Part shown: positions 41,356-51,742 of the stretch, in pieces
How positions within the stretch are numbered: the stretch's first letter is position 1
Layout of the letters: each line of letters opens with the position of its first letter
NCBI GenBank assembly: GCA_003130875.1
Contig: QEXY01000143.1
Coordinates: 18,338 to 82,337, forward strand
DNA length: 64,000 nt
Direction of reading: 5' to 3'
Source: Ardenticatenia bacterium
Lineage (GTDB): Bacteria; Chloroflexota; Anaerolineae; 4572-78; NAK82
Notes under the pieces: model-generated
Database searches by the model: none
Told to the model about the DNA's origin: nothing
Seen by the model: only the letters and a program-made list of their open reading frames with translations
Program-made: the position numbers and the translations under genes

Positions 41356-42252
41356 GTGGCTGTCTTGATGTGTGTGCCCAATATCAGTGAGGGAAGAGAA
41401 GTTGCCACGGTCGAAGCAGTGGCCGATGCGATTCGTGCCACGCCGGGGGTCAAACTGCTAGATTACTCCGCCGATGCGCACCATAACCGCTCTGTGTTCA
41501 CATTCTTGGGACAACCTGAGGCTGTCCTGCAAGCTGCCCAATCGATGACTCGCATGGCCCTGGAGCGCATTGATATGCGGCACCATCAAGGGGCGCATCC
41601 TCGCCTGGGTGCGGTCGATGTGGTGCCCTTTGTGCCGGTGCGGGGTATGGAAATGCGCGCTGCGGTTGAGATTGCCCGCCACTTCGGTCGATTCGTCGGG
41701 GAACTTGGCATCCCGGTGTATTACTACGAAGAGGCAGCGACGCGCCCCGAGCGGCGCAATTTGGCCGATATTCGCAAGGGAGAATATGAAAGCTTACCTC
41801 AAAAGCTGCTTGACCCGGCATGGCAGCCCGATGAAGGACCTGCAGTATTCCACCCTCGATCGGGAGCGCTGGTCACCGGAGCACGTTACCCTTTGATCGC
41901 TTTTAACGTCAATCTGCGCACCACGGATTTGAAAGTCGCCCAGCATATTGCCCAGGCTGTGCGCCACATCAACGGTGGCTATCGTTATGTGCGGGCTATC
42001 GCGCTGGCATTGGAGGATCGGGGTATGGTGCAGGTTTCGATGAACCTGACTAACTACACCCAGACCCCTATCCCACGGGTCTTGGAAACTATTCGGACAG
42101 AGGCGGCGCGCTTTGGGGTGAGCATCGCCGGCAGTGAGCTGATCGGCCCGTTGCCTTTAGGTGCTCTCGAGGAGGTAGTCAAACATTACTTACAGGTCCA
42201 TGACTTCTCGTTGGGTCAGATCATCGAGATGGCACTGATCCCGGAAGAGTAG
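41356..42252 (+). CDS. glutamate formimidoyltransferase
   Basis: The N-terminal CVPNISEGR motif, RLGAVDVVPFVP, and a ~300-aa length match the FTCD N-terminal transferase domain. GTG start; an alternative ATG is at 41368. Confidence 0.85.
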   Translation: MAVLMCVPNISEGREVATVEAVADAIRATPGVKLLDYSADAHHNRSVFTFLGQPEAVLQAAQSMTRMALERIDMRHHQGAHPRLGAVDVVPFVPVRGMEMRAAVEIARHFGRFVGELGIPVYYYEEAATRPERRNLADIRKGEYESLPQKLLDPAWQPDEGPAVFHPRSGALVTGARYPLIAFNVNLRTTDLKVAQHIAQAVRHINGGYRYVRAIALALEDRGMVQVSMNLTNYTQTPIPRVLETIRTEAARFGVSIAGSELIGPLPLGALEEVVKHYLQVHDFSLGQIIEMALIPEE

Positions 42253-42291
42253 CGATAATCTATTACACCACACGAAGGGGGAGCAATTCAT

Positions 42292-43152
42292 ATGGAAAAG
42301 AGAGTGCTGGGCCGTACCGGAGAAATGCTGAGCGTGGTGGGCTTCGGTGGTATTGTTGTGATGAACGAGGAACCTGAGGCAGCATGCCGCCTGGTAGCGC
42401 AGGCGATCGATCGCGGCATCAATTACTTCGACGTCTCACCTAGCTATGGCAACGCCGAGGAACGTTTGGGTCCGGCGCTGGAGCCCTACCGCAAATCCGT
42501 GTTTCTCGCATGCAAGACGAAGAAACGCAATGCTAAAGAAGCCACTCAATTCTTACATGCTTCACTCAAGCGATTACGCACCGATTACTTCGACCTGTAT
42601 CAGTTGCACGAAGTAAGGACGCTTGAGGAAGTCGAGGAGATCTTCGCGCCGGGCGGCGCTATGGAAGCCTTTGTCCAGGCACGGGGACAAGGCTTGACAC
42701 GATATTTAGGCTTCTCCGCCCATTCAGAGGAAGCGGCCCTGGCACTGATGGAGCGTTTTGATTTCGACACGATCCTGTTCCCAATCAACTATGTGGTATG
42801 GTACAAAAGCTCCTTCGGACCACGTGTGATCGAGGAGGCACATAAACGCGGAATGGGCATCCTGGCGATCAAGTCGCTTGCCAAGCGATTGTGGGGCAAG
42901 GATGAGCCGCATAGGTGGCCTAAGTGCTGGTATGCGCCCGTCGAAAGCTATGAGGAAGCCGCTCTTGCCCTGCGCTTCACCTTGTCACAGCCTGTCACCG
43001 CTGCGGTGAGCCCCAGCCACGCCGAATTCCTATGGTGGATGTGCGACATCGCTGAACACATGACCCCGCTTTCTGGAGATGAATATCGACAGTTAGAGCG
43101 GATGAGTGATGGCTTGGAGCCAGTGTTCCCCATCCCACCTGAGTTCTGGTGA
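42292..43152 (+). CDS. aldo/keto reductase
   Basis: LGRTGEMLSVVGFGG...INYFDVSPSYGNAEERLG...YFDLYQLH. Confidence 0.85.
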   Translation: MEKRVLGRTGEMLSVVGFGGIVVMNEEPEAACRLVAQAIDRGINYFDVSPSYGNAEERLGPALEPYRKSVFLACKTKKRNAKEATQFLHASLKRLRTDYFDLYQLHEVRTLEEVEEIFAPGGAMEAFVQARGQGLTRYLGFSAHSEEAALALMERFDFDTILFPINYVVWYKSSFGPRVIEEAHKRGMGILAIKSLAKRLWGKDEPHRWPKCWYAPVESYEEAALALRFTLSQPVTAAVSPSHAEFLWWMCDIAEHMTPLSGDEYRQLERMSDGLEPVFPIPPEFW

Positions 43153-43208
43153 TGTATGTTGTTCAGGCTTGTATGGCAACTTGGCAAAGCCCCCGGAATT
43201 ACCCCAGA

Positions 43209-43246
43209 AGACTCAGAAAGGCGCCATATGGCGCCTTTCTGAGTCT
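43209..43246. terminator. perfect 17-bp-stem hairpin between convergent genes (bidirectional terminator candidate)
   Basis: AGACTCAGAAAGGCGCC-ATAT-GGCGCCTTTCTGAGTCT, located between the AKR stop (43152) and the PKD protein stop (43265). Confidence 0.6.
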
Positions 43247-43264
43247 CTATATTCAGCCAGGTTC

Positions 43265-46200
43265 TCATCCGGGCGGGGGCGTGATGATCACCGCCTGCCA
43301 CGTTTGACCGCTCAGGCCTTTGTCATCCGTGACAGTCAGCACTACTGTGTAGGTGCCTGGCTGGTCGTAAATCTTGGTTACCTCCGCGTCATAGGCCACG
43401 GTGCCATCTCCGAAGTCCCAGATATATTGCACAATGCTACCATCACTGTCATTCGAGGTGGCGCCACTGAAGGCGAGTGGCTGCTGCGGTAGCCCACCTG
43501 CCAAGCCAGGGCCGCTAATGACCGCTGTCGGGGGTACATTATCGGGCGGTGGTGGTTCAACCGTGATAGGTTGCAAGGCCTGACCAATGGCACCCGCGTC
43601 GTCGGTCACCGTTAGTGTGATGGTATAGACACCTGTTTGCGTATAAACTTTGTTGACTGTCACACCGTTCCAGGCACTGCCGTCACCGAAGTTCCAAGCG
43701 TAGTGAACGATGCTTCCATCCGGGTCAACTGAACCGCTGCCATCGAGGGCCAACAGCATGCCCACCTGTGCTTGAGGTGGCGCCATGATAACAGCCACTG
43801 GCGGCTGGTTCGGCACCGGTGTAGGTGTGGGTTGTTCGATCATCACCTGCTGTACCGCCTGCCCAGTCAAACCACCGTCGTCTGTCACTGTCAACTGCAC
43901 CGTGTATGTGCCTGCCTGAGCATAAGCGTGCTGCACCTCCGGGCCGCTTGCACTCGTGCCATCGCCGAAGTCCCAGGCATAGGCGGTGATGCTGCCGTCC
44001 GGGTCGTATGAGCCACTCCCATCGAAGGTGAGCACCTCGCCCACCAGCCCGCTCGCCGGCGCGGCAATCTGTGCCGTCGGCGGCTGTCCAGGCGTCGGCT
44101 CGGGCGTCGGTGTCGCCGTGGGCTCAGGCGTGGGTGTGTCCGTCGGCGGCACCGGCGCGGGCGTCGGAGTGGGTTCCACGACTGCCACTGTCCAGGTAGC
44201 CTGTCCGATCAGCCCACCGGCATCGAGCACCGTCAACTGCACCGTGTATGTGCCCGCCTGAGCATAGGTGTGCTGCACCACCGGGCCGCTTGCACTCGTG
44301 CCATCGCCGAAGTCCCAGGCATAGGTGGTGATGCTGCCGTCCGGATCAACTGAGCCACTCCCATCGAAGGTGAGCACCTCACCCACCAGCCCGCCCGCCG
44401 GCCCGACAATCTGTGCCGTCGGCGGCTGTCCAGGTGTCGATGTCGGTTCAGGTGTCCAGGTCGCCGTCGGTGTGTCGGTCGGCATCGGCGTCCAGGTCGG
44501 TGTGGGTGTGACACTGGGTGTCAGCGTCCCCGTCGGTGTGGGCTCGGGCGTCCACGTTGCAGTGGGTGTATCCGTCGGCATCGGTGTCCAGGTCGGCGTG
44601 GGCGTCCACGTTGGAGTGGTGGTTGGGCCGGGCGTTGGGGTCGCCGTAGGTGTTGGTGTCAGGGTCGGTGTCAGTGTTGGTGTCGGTGTGGGCGTCGGCG
44701 ACACGATGTCCACCCGAATCGCCGCGGTTGCTACCATACCTTCGCTGTCGACCACCAGCAGGGTCACCTGGTAAATGGCCGGATTATTGTATACATGGTT
44801 GACCACGATGCCCTCTGCCGTGCTGCCATCCCCAAAGTCCCAGCGGTACCAGGAGATTTGCCCATCCGGATCATACGAGTTCGCTGCGCTGAAGGTGAGC
44901 CGCTGACCCACTTGAGCGCTGGTAGGCCCGCTGATGACCGCCCGCGGCGGTTGTCCCATAGCGCCAATGTGGACAGTCGTCTGGGCGAACCCCTGTCCGC
45001 CGTCCTTGTCCGTGACGGTGACTGTGGCAACGTAGGTGCCAGGACTATTATAAACGTGGCTGACCACCGCCCCGCTGCCCTGCAAACCGTCGCCGAAATC
45101 CCAGCGATAGCTCAATGTTGCCTGGTCGACAGGGCTGGGGTCATAGGCAGATGCTGAGAGAGTCACCGGTTGGCCCACACGACCGGAGTAAGGACCGCCA
45201 GCAAATGCGATGGGCGGTACATTCCGCACATCCACACGGGTGGTGGCCAAGTCTGTGGCGCCGCGATTGTCGGTCACGCGCAGTCCGACGAGTATAGAAG
45301 CCGGGCCATCCGCAAAAGAGGTGCTCACAAGAGGCCCACTGCCGATCACGTTGATGGCACGTCCATCGGTGGTGGTACCCCACTGATAGAGGACAATGCG
45401 CCCGTCTTCGTCGCGTGAAGCGGTGCCATCAAGGATCACCTCGGAGCCCTCATCCACGACGTAAGGCCCGCCTGGGTTCGCTCTAGGGGGTCTATTGGTC
45501 GGTTGTCCTTGACCTGTGTCAAGCCGCTCCCAACGCAGTGTGATCAGGGCATCACCAGTGCGCTCGTAATATTCCAGCCGCAGGCGGTGGATGCCTGCAT
45601 CGAGAGGGCGCTCAGCGCGCAACAGACGCGAGCCCCCATCGCGCCAATCGTCTATCACCAGCTGATCGTCAATCCACAGACGTGCGCCGTCGTCCACCCG
45701 CACGCTGAAGCGGTAGGTGCCACCCTCAAAACCGATCTGGCGCGTCCAACGTGCTGAGAAGTTATCGGCCGGCACCCCCGGCCCGGGCGAGCCCTGTCCC
45801 CAGTTGTAATTGATATCCAGTTCATTGCGTACCAGCACAGGGTTACCCGTCAAACTAGGGTTGGCATAATACTCTGCCTTCCAATCCGGATACGACTCCA
45901 ATCGCTCCCACATCAGCTGGACCAATGCATTGCCGGTCCATTCGAAGTACTCAATGCGCAGGTGATGGGGTCCCTCGCTCAAAGTGACATCGGCGGCGTA
46001 GAGTGCCGGCGCGCTTTCATGCCATCGGTCGATGATCAGATTGCCGTCAATCCACACTCGGACGCCGTCGTCGACGCGCACATAGAAACGGTATGTGCCA
46101 CCAGGGAAGCCGATGGTACGTGTCCAGCGTGCCGAGAAGCGATCCGGCGGTATGTTGGGCGCAGGGGAACCGGCGCCCCAGTCAAAATTGATGGCTGGAT

Positions 46201-47125
46201 CATTGCGCACCAGTACAGGTGAACCGCCCAAGGCGGGGTTGTTGAAGTACTCTCCGCGCCAATCGGTAATAACAGGGGGTGTCGGAGGCGGCGGAGGCAC
46301 TAGAGTGGATGGAGGCAGAGGCGGAGTCGGCTGCTGAGGCGGAGGCGGTGGTGCCACCACCGGCACGTTGCTCACATTCTCTGCCGTCACATACTGTCCG
46401 GCCACCCAACCCCGTTCGCCTGGCACACCGGGGAAAGCGATCTGCCACCAACTCCCTTCGGCGTTGCGTCCGGTCACCGGAGCGGTCTGGCCTACCGCCA
46501 GCAGACCCAGGGAGGGGTACTGTGTGCCCGGACCACTGCGTACGTTAAGGTCCGTATTGGCTGTGATCCTCGGAGTGCCTGGCTGAACCGGTGTTACCGG
46601 CACAGGAGCAGTGACGCTCACTATTACAGTGGGCGTCAGAGTTGGGGTGGCAGCTACTGTCGGTGTGGGTGTCTCCACAGCCGGCTCCAAATTAAAGGGG
46701 GCTTGGGCGGTCAATCCTCCGCCGACCACCTGGGCAACCACCGTCGCGGTGCCGGGAGTGCGCCATTTTGCATCGCTGGGGATGGTGAACTGGGTATCAA
46801 AGCGACCTTGGGTGTCAGTCAGATTGCCGGCCATTGCGTAGCTAGGCAGTGCCGTCTCATCAGGTGCTAGCAGATAGATGAGCACCATCGTTTCTGGAGG
46901 CCAATTTTCACCGCGTACGGTCACAGGAGTGCCTGGCGGGCCGGCCGTTGGTTCAACCGTGATAGTGGGCAAGCCGGTCACTGTCTCAGGTGGTCGTGCT
47001 AACCCAATCCGACTGACAACTAAAACGGCCACCAAGACCGCTGCGATGACCACTAAAGCCCATACGGTCACTACAGCGATCACGATCAGCTTGTTTTCCC
47101 GGAGATATCGCATCAAGTCTTGCAT
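43265..47125 (-). CDS. membrane-anchored surface protein with SH3b, two PA14 and ~8 PKD domains
   Basis: 1286 aa. N-terminal TM; SH3b ([15 protein letters not shown]...WWQIAF); PA14 x2 ([13 protein letters not shown]...RFSARWTR...[17 protein letters not shown]); repeated PKD cores (YxWDFGDGS...HxYxxxGxYxVxLTVTD) joined by TPTPT linkers. Confidence 0.88.
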   Translation of the reverse strand: MQDLMRYLRENKLIVIAVVTVWALVVIAAVLVAVLVVSRIGLARPPETVTGLPTITVEPTAGPPGTPVTVRGENWPPETMVLIYLLAPDETALPSYAMAGNLTDTQGRFDTQFTIPSDAKWRTPGTATVVAQVVGGGLTAQAPFNLEPAVETPTPTVAATPTLTPTVIVSVTAPVPVTPVQPGTPRITANTDLNVRSGPGTQYPSLGLLAVGQTAPVTGRNAEGSWWQIAFPGVPGERGWVAGQYVTAENVSNVPVVAPPPPPQQPTPPLPPSTLVPPPPPTPPVITDWRGEYFNNPALGGSPVLVRNDPAINFDWGAGSPAPNIPPDRFSARWTRTIGFPGGTYRFYVRVDDGVRVWIDGNLIIDRWHESAPALYAADVTLSEGPHHLRIEYFEWTGNALVQLMWERLESYPDWKAEYYANPSLTGNPVLVRNELDINYNWGQGSPGPGVPADNFSARWTRQIGFEGGTYRFSVRVDDGARLWIDDQLVIDDWRDGGSRLLRAERPLDAGIHRLRLEYYERTGDALITLRWERLDTGQGQPTNRPPRANPGGPYVVDEGSEVILDGTASRDEDGRIVLYQWGTTTDGRAINVIGSGPLVSTSFADGPASILVGLRVTDNRGATDLATTRVDVRNVPPIAFAGGPYSGRVGQPVTLSASAYDPSPVDQATLSYRWDFGDGLQGSGAVVSHVYNSPGTYVATVTVTDKDGGQGFAQTTVHIGAMGQPPRAVISGPTSAQVGQRLTFSAANSYDPDGQISWYRWDFGDGSTAEGIVVNHVYNNPAIYQVTLLVVDSEGMVATAAIRVDIVSPTPTPTPTLTPTLTPTPTATPTPGPTTTPTWTPTPTWTPMPTDTPTATWTPEPTPTGTLTPSVTPTPTWTPMPTDTPTATWTPEPTSTPGQPPTAQIVGPAGGLVGEVLTFDGSGSVDPDGSITTYAWDFGDGTSASGPVVQHTYAQAGTYTVQLTVLDAGGLIGQATWTVAVVEPTPTPAPVPPTDTPTPEPTATPTPEPTPGQPPTAQIAAPASGLVGEVLTFDGSGSYDPDGSITAYAWDFGDGTSASGPEVQHAYAQAGTYTVQLTVTDDGGLTGQAVQQVMIEQPTPTPVPNQPPVAVIMAPPQAQVGMLLALDGSGSVDPDGSIVHYAWNFGDGSAWNGVTVNKVYTQTGVYTITLTVTDDAGAIGQALQPITVEPPPPDNVPPTAVISGPGLAGGLPQQPLAFSGATSNDSDGSIVQYIWDFGDGTVAYDAEVTKIYDQPGTYTVVLTVTDDKGLSGQTWQAVIITPPPG
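43889..44440. repeat. recent intragenic duplication of a PKD module (two ~210-bp copies, period ~343 bp)
   Basis: 43889-44098 and 44232-44440 differ at only scattered positions by eye. The flanking TPT linker ([19 protein letters not shown]) is also duplicated further along. Confidence 0.7.
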
Positions 47126-47407
47126 TTGCCCTGCCTCCCCAGCTCATCTTTTAGCATGTGCATTATATCTACGGTCTCTCTTTCCGAAAGGGATGAGACT
47201 GGCGTATTTGCAAAGCTTTGCACTCTGTTATTTAAAGACGTTACTTCGTACTTTGTGGTTCCCCGCCGCATCCGCCGTAAACGGAACTCCTCCCTGCCGT
47301 TTAGCGTCTTCCATCAAGGGTGAAATCCTCTGGGTCGCGGGTCGTGCGTTCGAACCTAAATTTTGGAAGGGGGTTCTCCCTTGTGTTATAATGGTGCGAA
47401 GTTCTTA

Positions 47408-48160
47408 ATGAACCGAAAGGAACAGCCAGTGTCTCCTAACCGAAGGTTCTCTATCTTGTTGCTGATCGTAACTGCGCTTCTCATTGCGGGTGCAGGGTGT
47501 GTGTTGACTGATACCCTATCCCGTCGCTTGGGGCGTCAGGCGCGCACGCCGCTGGCCCAGGTGTCACGCACTCCGAGGCCTACTTTCACTCCAACGCCAC
47601 CCTGGACACCGACGCCAACTGACACTCCCACACCGACGATGACGTCGACACCCACGAACACGCCCATCCCAACGGACACCCCGATCCCGACAGACACGCC
47701 CACCCCAGAACCGACAAACACTCCCAGGCCGCGCCCCAAGCCACCTACGGATACGCCGGCGCCGCCACCTACGCCGGAATACCCCTTCGCGGTGATCGAG
47801 ATCAGCCCGCCTGAGTTCACTCGCACCACCAATCCAATGATCGTGGTGTATGTCGCCATCACAGATCAGAACAACACACCTCTGGGCGGCTACAGGGTGG
47901 TCGGCGATAGTGCTCAATCACCTTATCAATCTCACGTGGAGTCTCCCCCCTCCTGTTATGATTGGTGTGCTACCAGCGGCCGGGGGGGATACATCAAGGC
48001 AGCTAATGTGAAGTTTGAGCCTGGTCCTTTCATTGACGGCACGTGGAACATTTATCTGGTTGACGGAGCGGGACAACAAGTTTCGCCAGTTGTGCCGCTC
48101 ACCTACAGCACAGATCCTAATGCTTGGCGCTGGGATTTTGTGTTTTTCAGATTGCGATAG
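47408..48160 (+). CDS. PT-linker lipoprotein-like protein, C-terminal beta-rich domain type B
   Basis: N-region RR plus LLLIVTALLIAGAGC. SRTPRPTFTPTPP motif; a ~70-aa Pro/Thr linker; TPEYPF junction; ~125-aa C-terminal domain. A likely promoter (TGtTATAAT at 47383-47392) is close to the ATG. Confidence 0.75.
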   Translation: MNRKEQPVSPNRRFSILLLIVTALLIAGAGCVLTDTLSRRLGRQARTPLAQVSRTPRPTFTPTPPWTPTPTDTPTPTMTSTPTNTPIPTDTPIPTDTPTPEPTNTPRPRPKPPTDTPAPPPTPEYPFAVIEISPPEFTRTTNPMIVVYVAITDQNNTPLGGYRVVGDSAQSPYQSHVESPPSCYDWCATSGRGGYIKAANVKFEPGPFIDGTWNIYLVDGAGQQVSPVVPLTYSTDPNAWRWDFVFFRLR

Positions 48161-48176
48161 CCCCGGTGTTCGCTAG

Positions 48177-48893
48177 ATGATGAGACGTGCGCTGATCCCC
48201 TGGCTTCTTTTGCTTGTGATGCTGGGCGGACTGGGTTGTTCGGTGGGAACGTTGATCGTGCGCGCGCCCACGCCCACCCGACAACCTACCCGTACGCCGC
48301 GGCCGACCTTTACCTTCACGCCTAATTGGACACCGACGCGGGTGCCCACACTCACGGCAACACCTACCCAGACACCGACTGAGACGCCAGTTCCCACTGA
48401 GACTGCTACCCCCACGCCTGTACTTGAGGAGGTCGCTGAGCCTGCCGAGCCAGATGAACCCCCACCACCACGAGATACGCCCACGCCTGAACCACCCACA
48501 GCAACACCCACGCCTCAGTATCCTTTCACAACCGAGGTCTTCGTTTTCGACACGCAGGGCGCCTTGGAGACGCGGGTGACGGCTTACGTGGTCGAAGTTT
48601 TTGACGCCAGCACCGGCCATTTTAAGGATCTATGGGATTATCAAATCGTGCTGATCGACCCAATGGGTGGTGAGCATCTGAGCAATATGTCCGGTGGCAA
48701 GAATCACACAGTGGGCCCAGGTTTGGGCAACGATCGTTGGTTCAATACCGAGGTAAAGTTCTCCCCTTATACGCCGGGCCATTATAAGGCCTGGCTGGTC
48801 AAGGATGGGGTACAGCAATCGTCAGTGGTCGAGTTTGATATGTCTCCTTCTCCTACACAATATGTGCATATCGACTTTCTGTTGAAGCATTGA
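48177..48893 (+). CDS. PT-linker lipoprotein-like protein, C-terminal domain related to type B
   Basis: MMRRALIPWLLLLVMLGGLGC; TRTPRPTFTFTP motif; TPQYPF junction. The C-terminal block VKFSPYTPGHYKAWLVKDGVQQSSVV resembles VKFEPGPFIDGTWNIYLVDGAGQQVSPVV of the previous gene. Confidence 0.75.
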   Translation: MMRRALIPWLLLLVMLGGLGCSVGTLIVRAPTPTRQPTRTPRPTFTFTPNWTPTRVPTLTATPTQTPTETPVPTETATPTPVLEEVAEPAEPDEPPPPRDTPTPEPPTATPTPQYPFTTEVFVFDTQGALETRVTAYVVEVFDASTGHFKDLWDYQIVLIDPMGGEHLSNMSGGKNHTVGPGLGNDRWFNTEVKFSPYTPGHYKAWLVKDGVQQSSVVEFDMSPSPTQYVHIDFLLKH

Positions 48894-48929
48894 ACCACTT
48901 TCGTGAACGAGGAGCTACGCTGAGCCAGG

Positions 48930-49658
48930 ATGAGAGCACAGAAGAGCTTTATCACCTTGCTGGTCGTCCTATTGATGGTAGGAGTATTGGGGTGTGTACT
49001 GACAGATCGACTGTCTGGGCGACGTAGCACACGTCCTGTCTCAGTAGTGCGGCAGGTGGCCACACGCACACCGTTGCCCACCTTTACACCGACTCCTCCG
49101 GCTACACCCACCCCGCTCCCTACGCTGACACCTACGAACACGTCCACGCCGACGCCGACGTTGACACCGACACCAACGGACACACCTACTCCAACCAACA
49201 CGCCACGACCCAAGCCCAAACCAACGGAGCCGCCACCGGAGGCACAGGCTCCGCCACCTCAGCCGACTCCTGAGTACCAATTTTCACCAGAGCCTTGGGA
49301 AGGACAGTGGAACGGTGGATTGGCACAAATCCGAGGCAAGATTCGTGATCGCAATGGACAACCTGTCAACGGCTACTTTGTGCAGGCGCGCTGTGGGGGT
49401 ACTGTATTGGCGTCCAATCCATCTGGCATCAATCTCTATGCTCCCGACAAACCTTATGAACCTGGTGCCTACGATATGATTCTCAGCTCGCCGTTGGATC
49501 CCAACTCAATGTGTCGATGGGAGGTGCGTGTGGTACAAGCTTCCAATTATGAGGAGGCCAAAAACCCTGGAGCGCCTTCCCTTTCGCCTGTGGGATACTG
49601 TGATTTGAGCTGGGGCGAGATGTCCATCTGTTTTGCTAATTGGCGCAAGAACTGGTGA
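48930..49658 (+). CDS. PT-linker lipoprotein-like protein with 4-Cys C-terminal domain (type A)
   Basis: LLVVLLMVGVLGC; TRTPLPTFTPTPP motif; TPEYQF junction. The C-terminal ~125 aa are highly similar to the end of 19072-20040 and end in NWRKNW. Confidence 0.8.
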   Translation: MRAQKSFITLLVVLLMVGVLGCVLTDRLSGRRSTRPVSVVRQVATRTPLPTFTPTPPATPTPLPTLTPTNTSTPTPTLTPTPTDTPTPTNTPRPKPKPTEPPPEAQAPPPQPTPEYQFSPEPWEGQWNGGLAQIRGKIRDRNGQPVNGYFVQARCGGTVLASNPSGINLYAPDKPYEPGAYDMILSSPLDPNSMCRWEVRVVQASNYEEAKNPGAPSLSPVGYCDLSWGEMSICFANWRKNW

Positions 49659-51742
49659 CCGAACGGGACGAGCGTTACGACACTTTCATCACAGCACTGC
49701 TGGTCACAGCCCTGGTGATGTTGGCCTGTGTGGTCAGCGGCATAGGTGCGTACTTGTCGCTGCGGATGGCGCCGCTACATCACATACACGCATCCGTCAC
49801 CACTGTGACTCCGACGCCTACCGCTCATGTTCTGGCTATCCCCGACTCTCCTAAGTTGCACCCAACACTGCCAGCCGCTGTAGAAGGAAAGGGATATCTG
49901 TCGCGAGGTGGACAACCTGAAGGCATCGGCTTAACAACGGAGCAGCTGTTGGACGAGGTCGAGATCCCAGTGCGCGACCGTCTGGCATTGGCACAACGCC
50001 TGAAGCTGTCCGATACCCCCATTCCGTCTGTCGTCAATGCGGTAACACCGATTTATCGCCTAGGGGAGCAACACAATTTCTGCGTGCTGGATAGTGACGC
50101 GGTACGATATACGTGGGCAGTTGCCACGTTGCGCTATGTAGGCGATCATAGCTATTGGTGGGTGCAAGATGGTCACTCTGTGAGCGACGAAGCAATCACT
50201 GCCTCGGCACAGGAGTTCGAACAGCGTATTTACCCCACGAACCGCGATTTCTTTGGTGGGGAGTGGAGTCCGGGAGTGGATAATGATCCGCGTATCCATA
50301 TCTTTTTGGGCGATGTGCCGGGTGTAAGCGGATATTTCTACAGTGCTAATGAATACTCCTGCTTGATCAATCCATGTAGCAACGAGAAGGAGATGTTCTA
50401 TATCAACATCAATGCTGTGTCGCCGGGCAGCGAGGATCTCCATATCACTTTAGCCCACGAGTTCCAACATATGATCCATTGGCATCACGATGCCAACGAG
50501 GAAACGTGGGTCAATGAGGGGTTGTCCAATTTGGCCGTTGAGCTCAATGGATATGAAACGGCCGACATCACCTACGCTTTCAGCCAGCGACCTGATACCC
50601 AGTTAAACACCTGGGCAGAGGCGCCTCAGGACACTTTTCCTCACTATGCTGCCAGTTATCTTTTCATGAGCTATTTCCTCGAGCGCTTTGGCGAGGACAT
50701 AATGCGTGAGGTAGTAGCAGAACCGGAAAATGGGATCGCTGGCTTCAACGCTGCTTTAGCGCGAGCACGACGGCCATATCGTTTCGCGGATGTCTTCGCC
50801 GACTGGGTGATTGCAAACTATTTGGACGACCCCACCACCGGGTATGGGAATTGGGGCTATCGGCGACTGGATCCACAGCCGGTTAAGATCGAGGCAGAGT
50901 ATAGTGCCTACCCTGTTGAGGTAAGTGGCCAGGTCGGCCAGTATGCCACCGATTATTTCAAGTTCGGTGGCATGGGAGATCTGACAATCGAGTTCGAAGG
51001 TGTCCAGCACGTCAGGATTGCCCCCAATGAGCCCCATAGCGGTACCTTTCAGTGGTGGTCGAATCGCGGCGATGATTCGGACATGACATTGACGCGCTCT
51101 TTCGACCTTTCCCATGTGAGTGAGGCAACGCTCGAATTTTGGCTCTGGTACGACATCGAAAAGGGATGGGATTTTGCATACGTTGAAGTGTCCGAGGATG
51201 GCGGCAAGACCTGGACCATCTTGCCCGGTCGTTATACCGAGACAGATAACCCTAGCGGCAACAGTTTCGGCGCAGCGTGGACCGGCATCTCAGGGGGAGG
51301 TGAGGTGCCCCAATGGGTACATGAGCAGGTGGATTTGACCCCATATACGGGACGTCAAGTGCAAGTCCGATTCGAGTACATCACGGATGATGCGGTAAAC
51401 CGCGTGGGTCTCATGCTAGATGACATCGCGATCCCCCAGCTTGGTTACTTCGACGATGTCGAGGCTGGAGATGGTGGCTGGGTGGCCCATGGGTTCGTGC
51501 GCGTTGACAATATATTGCCACAGCGCTACTTGGTCCAGGTCATTCAGAAGGGGGATACCGTGCGGGTTCAGCGCATGACCCTCGATCAGGATAACCGCGG
51601 CCGGTTGACACTCCGCGGAATGGGCAGGGCATTTTCTGAAGCAGTGCTGGCCGTAAGCGGTATAACCCCGTTTACAACCGAACCGGCTCTGTACCGCATA
51701 CGTGCCAGCTTGATATCTCCTTCCGACGAGACACAGCCTTGA
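49640..51742 (+). CDS. membrane-anchored HExxH zinc metalloprotease (InhA/M6-like or MA-clan)
   Basis: N-terminal TM ITALLVTALVMLACVVSGIGAYL. Zinc site TLAHEFQHMIHW...WVNEGLS. The C-terminal beta domain LWYDIEKGWDFAYVEVSEDGGKTWTIL resembles InhA-type domains. The start is uncertain (TTG 49640 or GTG 49655) and overlaps the upstream gene. Confidence 0.75.
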   Translation: MAQELVTERDERYDTFITALLVTALVMLACVVSGIGAYLSLRMAPLHHIHASVTTVTPTPTAHVLAIPDSPKLHPTLPAAVEGKGYLSRGGQPEGIGLTTEQLLDEVEIPVRDRLALAQRLKLSDTPIPSVVNAVTPIYRLGEQHNFCVLDSDAVRYTWAVATLRYVGDHSYWWVQDGHSVSDEAITASAQEFEQRIYPTNRDFFGGEWSPGVDNDPRIHIFLGDVPGVSGYFYSANEYSCLINPCSNEKEMFYININAVSPGSEDLHITLAHEFQHMIHWHHDANEETWVNEGLSNLAVELNGYETADITYAFSQRPDTQLNTWAEAPQDTFPHYAASYLFMSYFLERFGEDIMREVVAEPENGIAGFNAALARARRPYRFADVFADWVIANYLDDPTTGYGNWGYRRLDPQPVKIEAEYSAYPVEVSGQVGQYATDYFKFGGMGDLTIEFEGVQHVRIAPNEPHSGTFQWWSNRGDDSDMTLTRSFDLSHVSEATLEFWLWYDIEKGWDFAYVEVSEDGGKTWTILPGRYTETDNPSGNSFGAAWTGISGGGEVPQWVHEQVDLTPYTGRQVQVRFEYITDDAVNRVGLMLDDIAIPQLGYFDDVEAGDGGWVAHGFVRVDNILPQRYLVQVIQKGDTVRVQRMTLDQDNRGRLTLRGMGRAFSEAVLAVSGITPFTTEPALYRIRASLISPSDETQP

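Noticed and set aside
44440-44720. Periodic short repeats resembling a repeat array (also at 47570-47760, 48290-48420, 49080-49260 and 19770-19900)
   Set aside because: They are in-frame ACNCCN codon runs encoding Thr/Pro linkers inside supported CDSs. There is no repeat-spacer structure and there are no cas genes, so they are not CRISPR.
47330-47360. GTTCGAACC T-loop-like string upstream of the lipoprotein triplet
   Set aside because: No complementary T-stem, acceptor stem or anticodon arm could be drawn, so it is not a tRNA or tmRNA.
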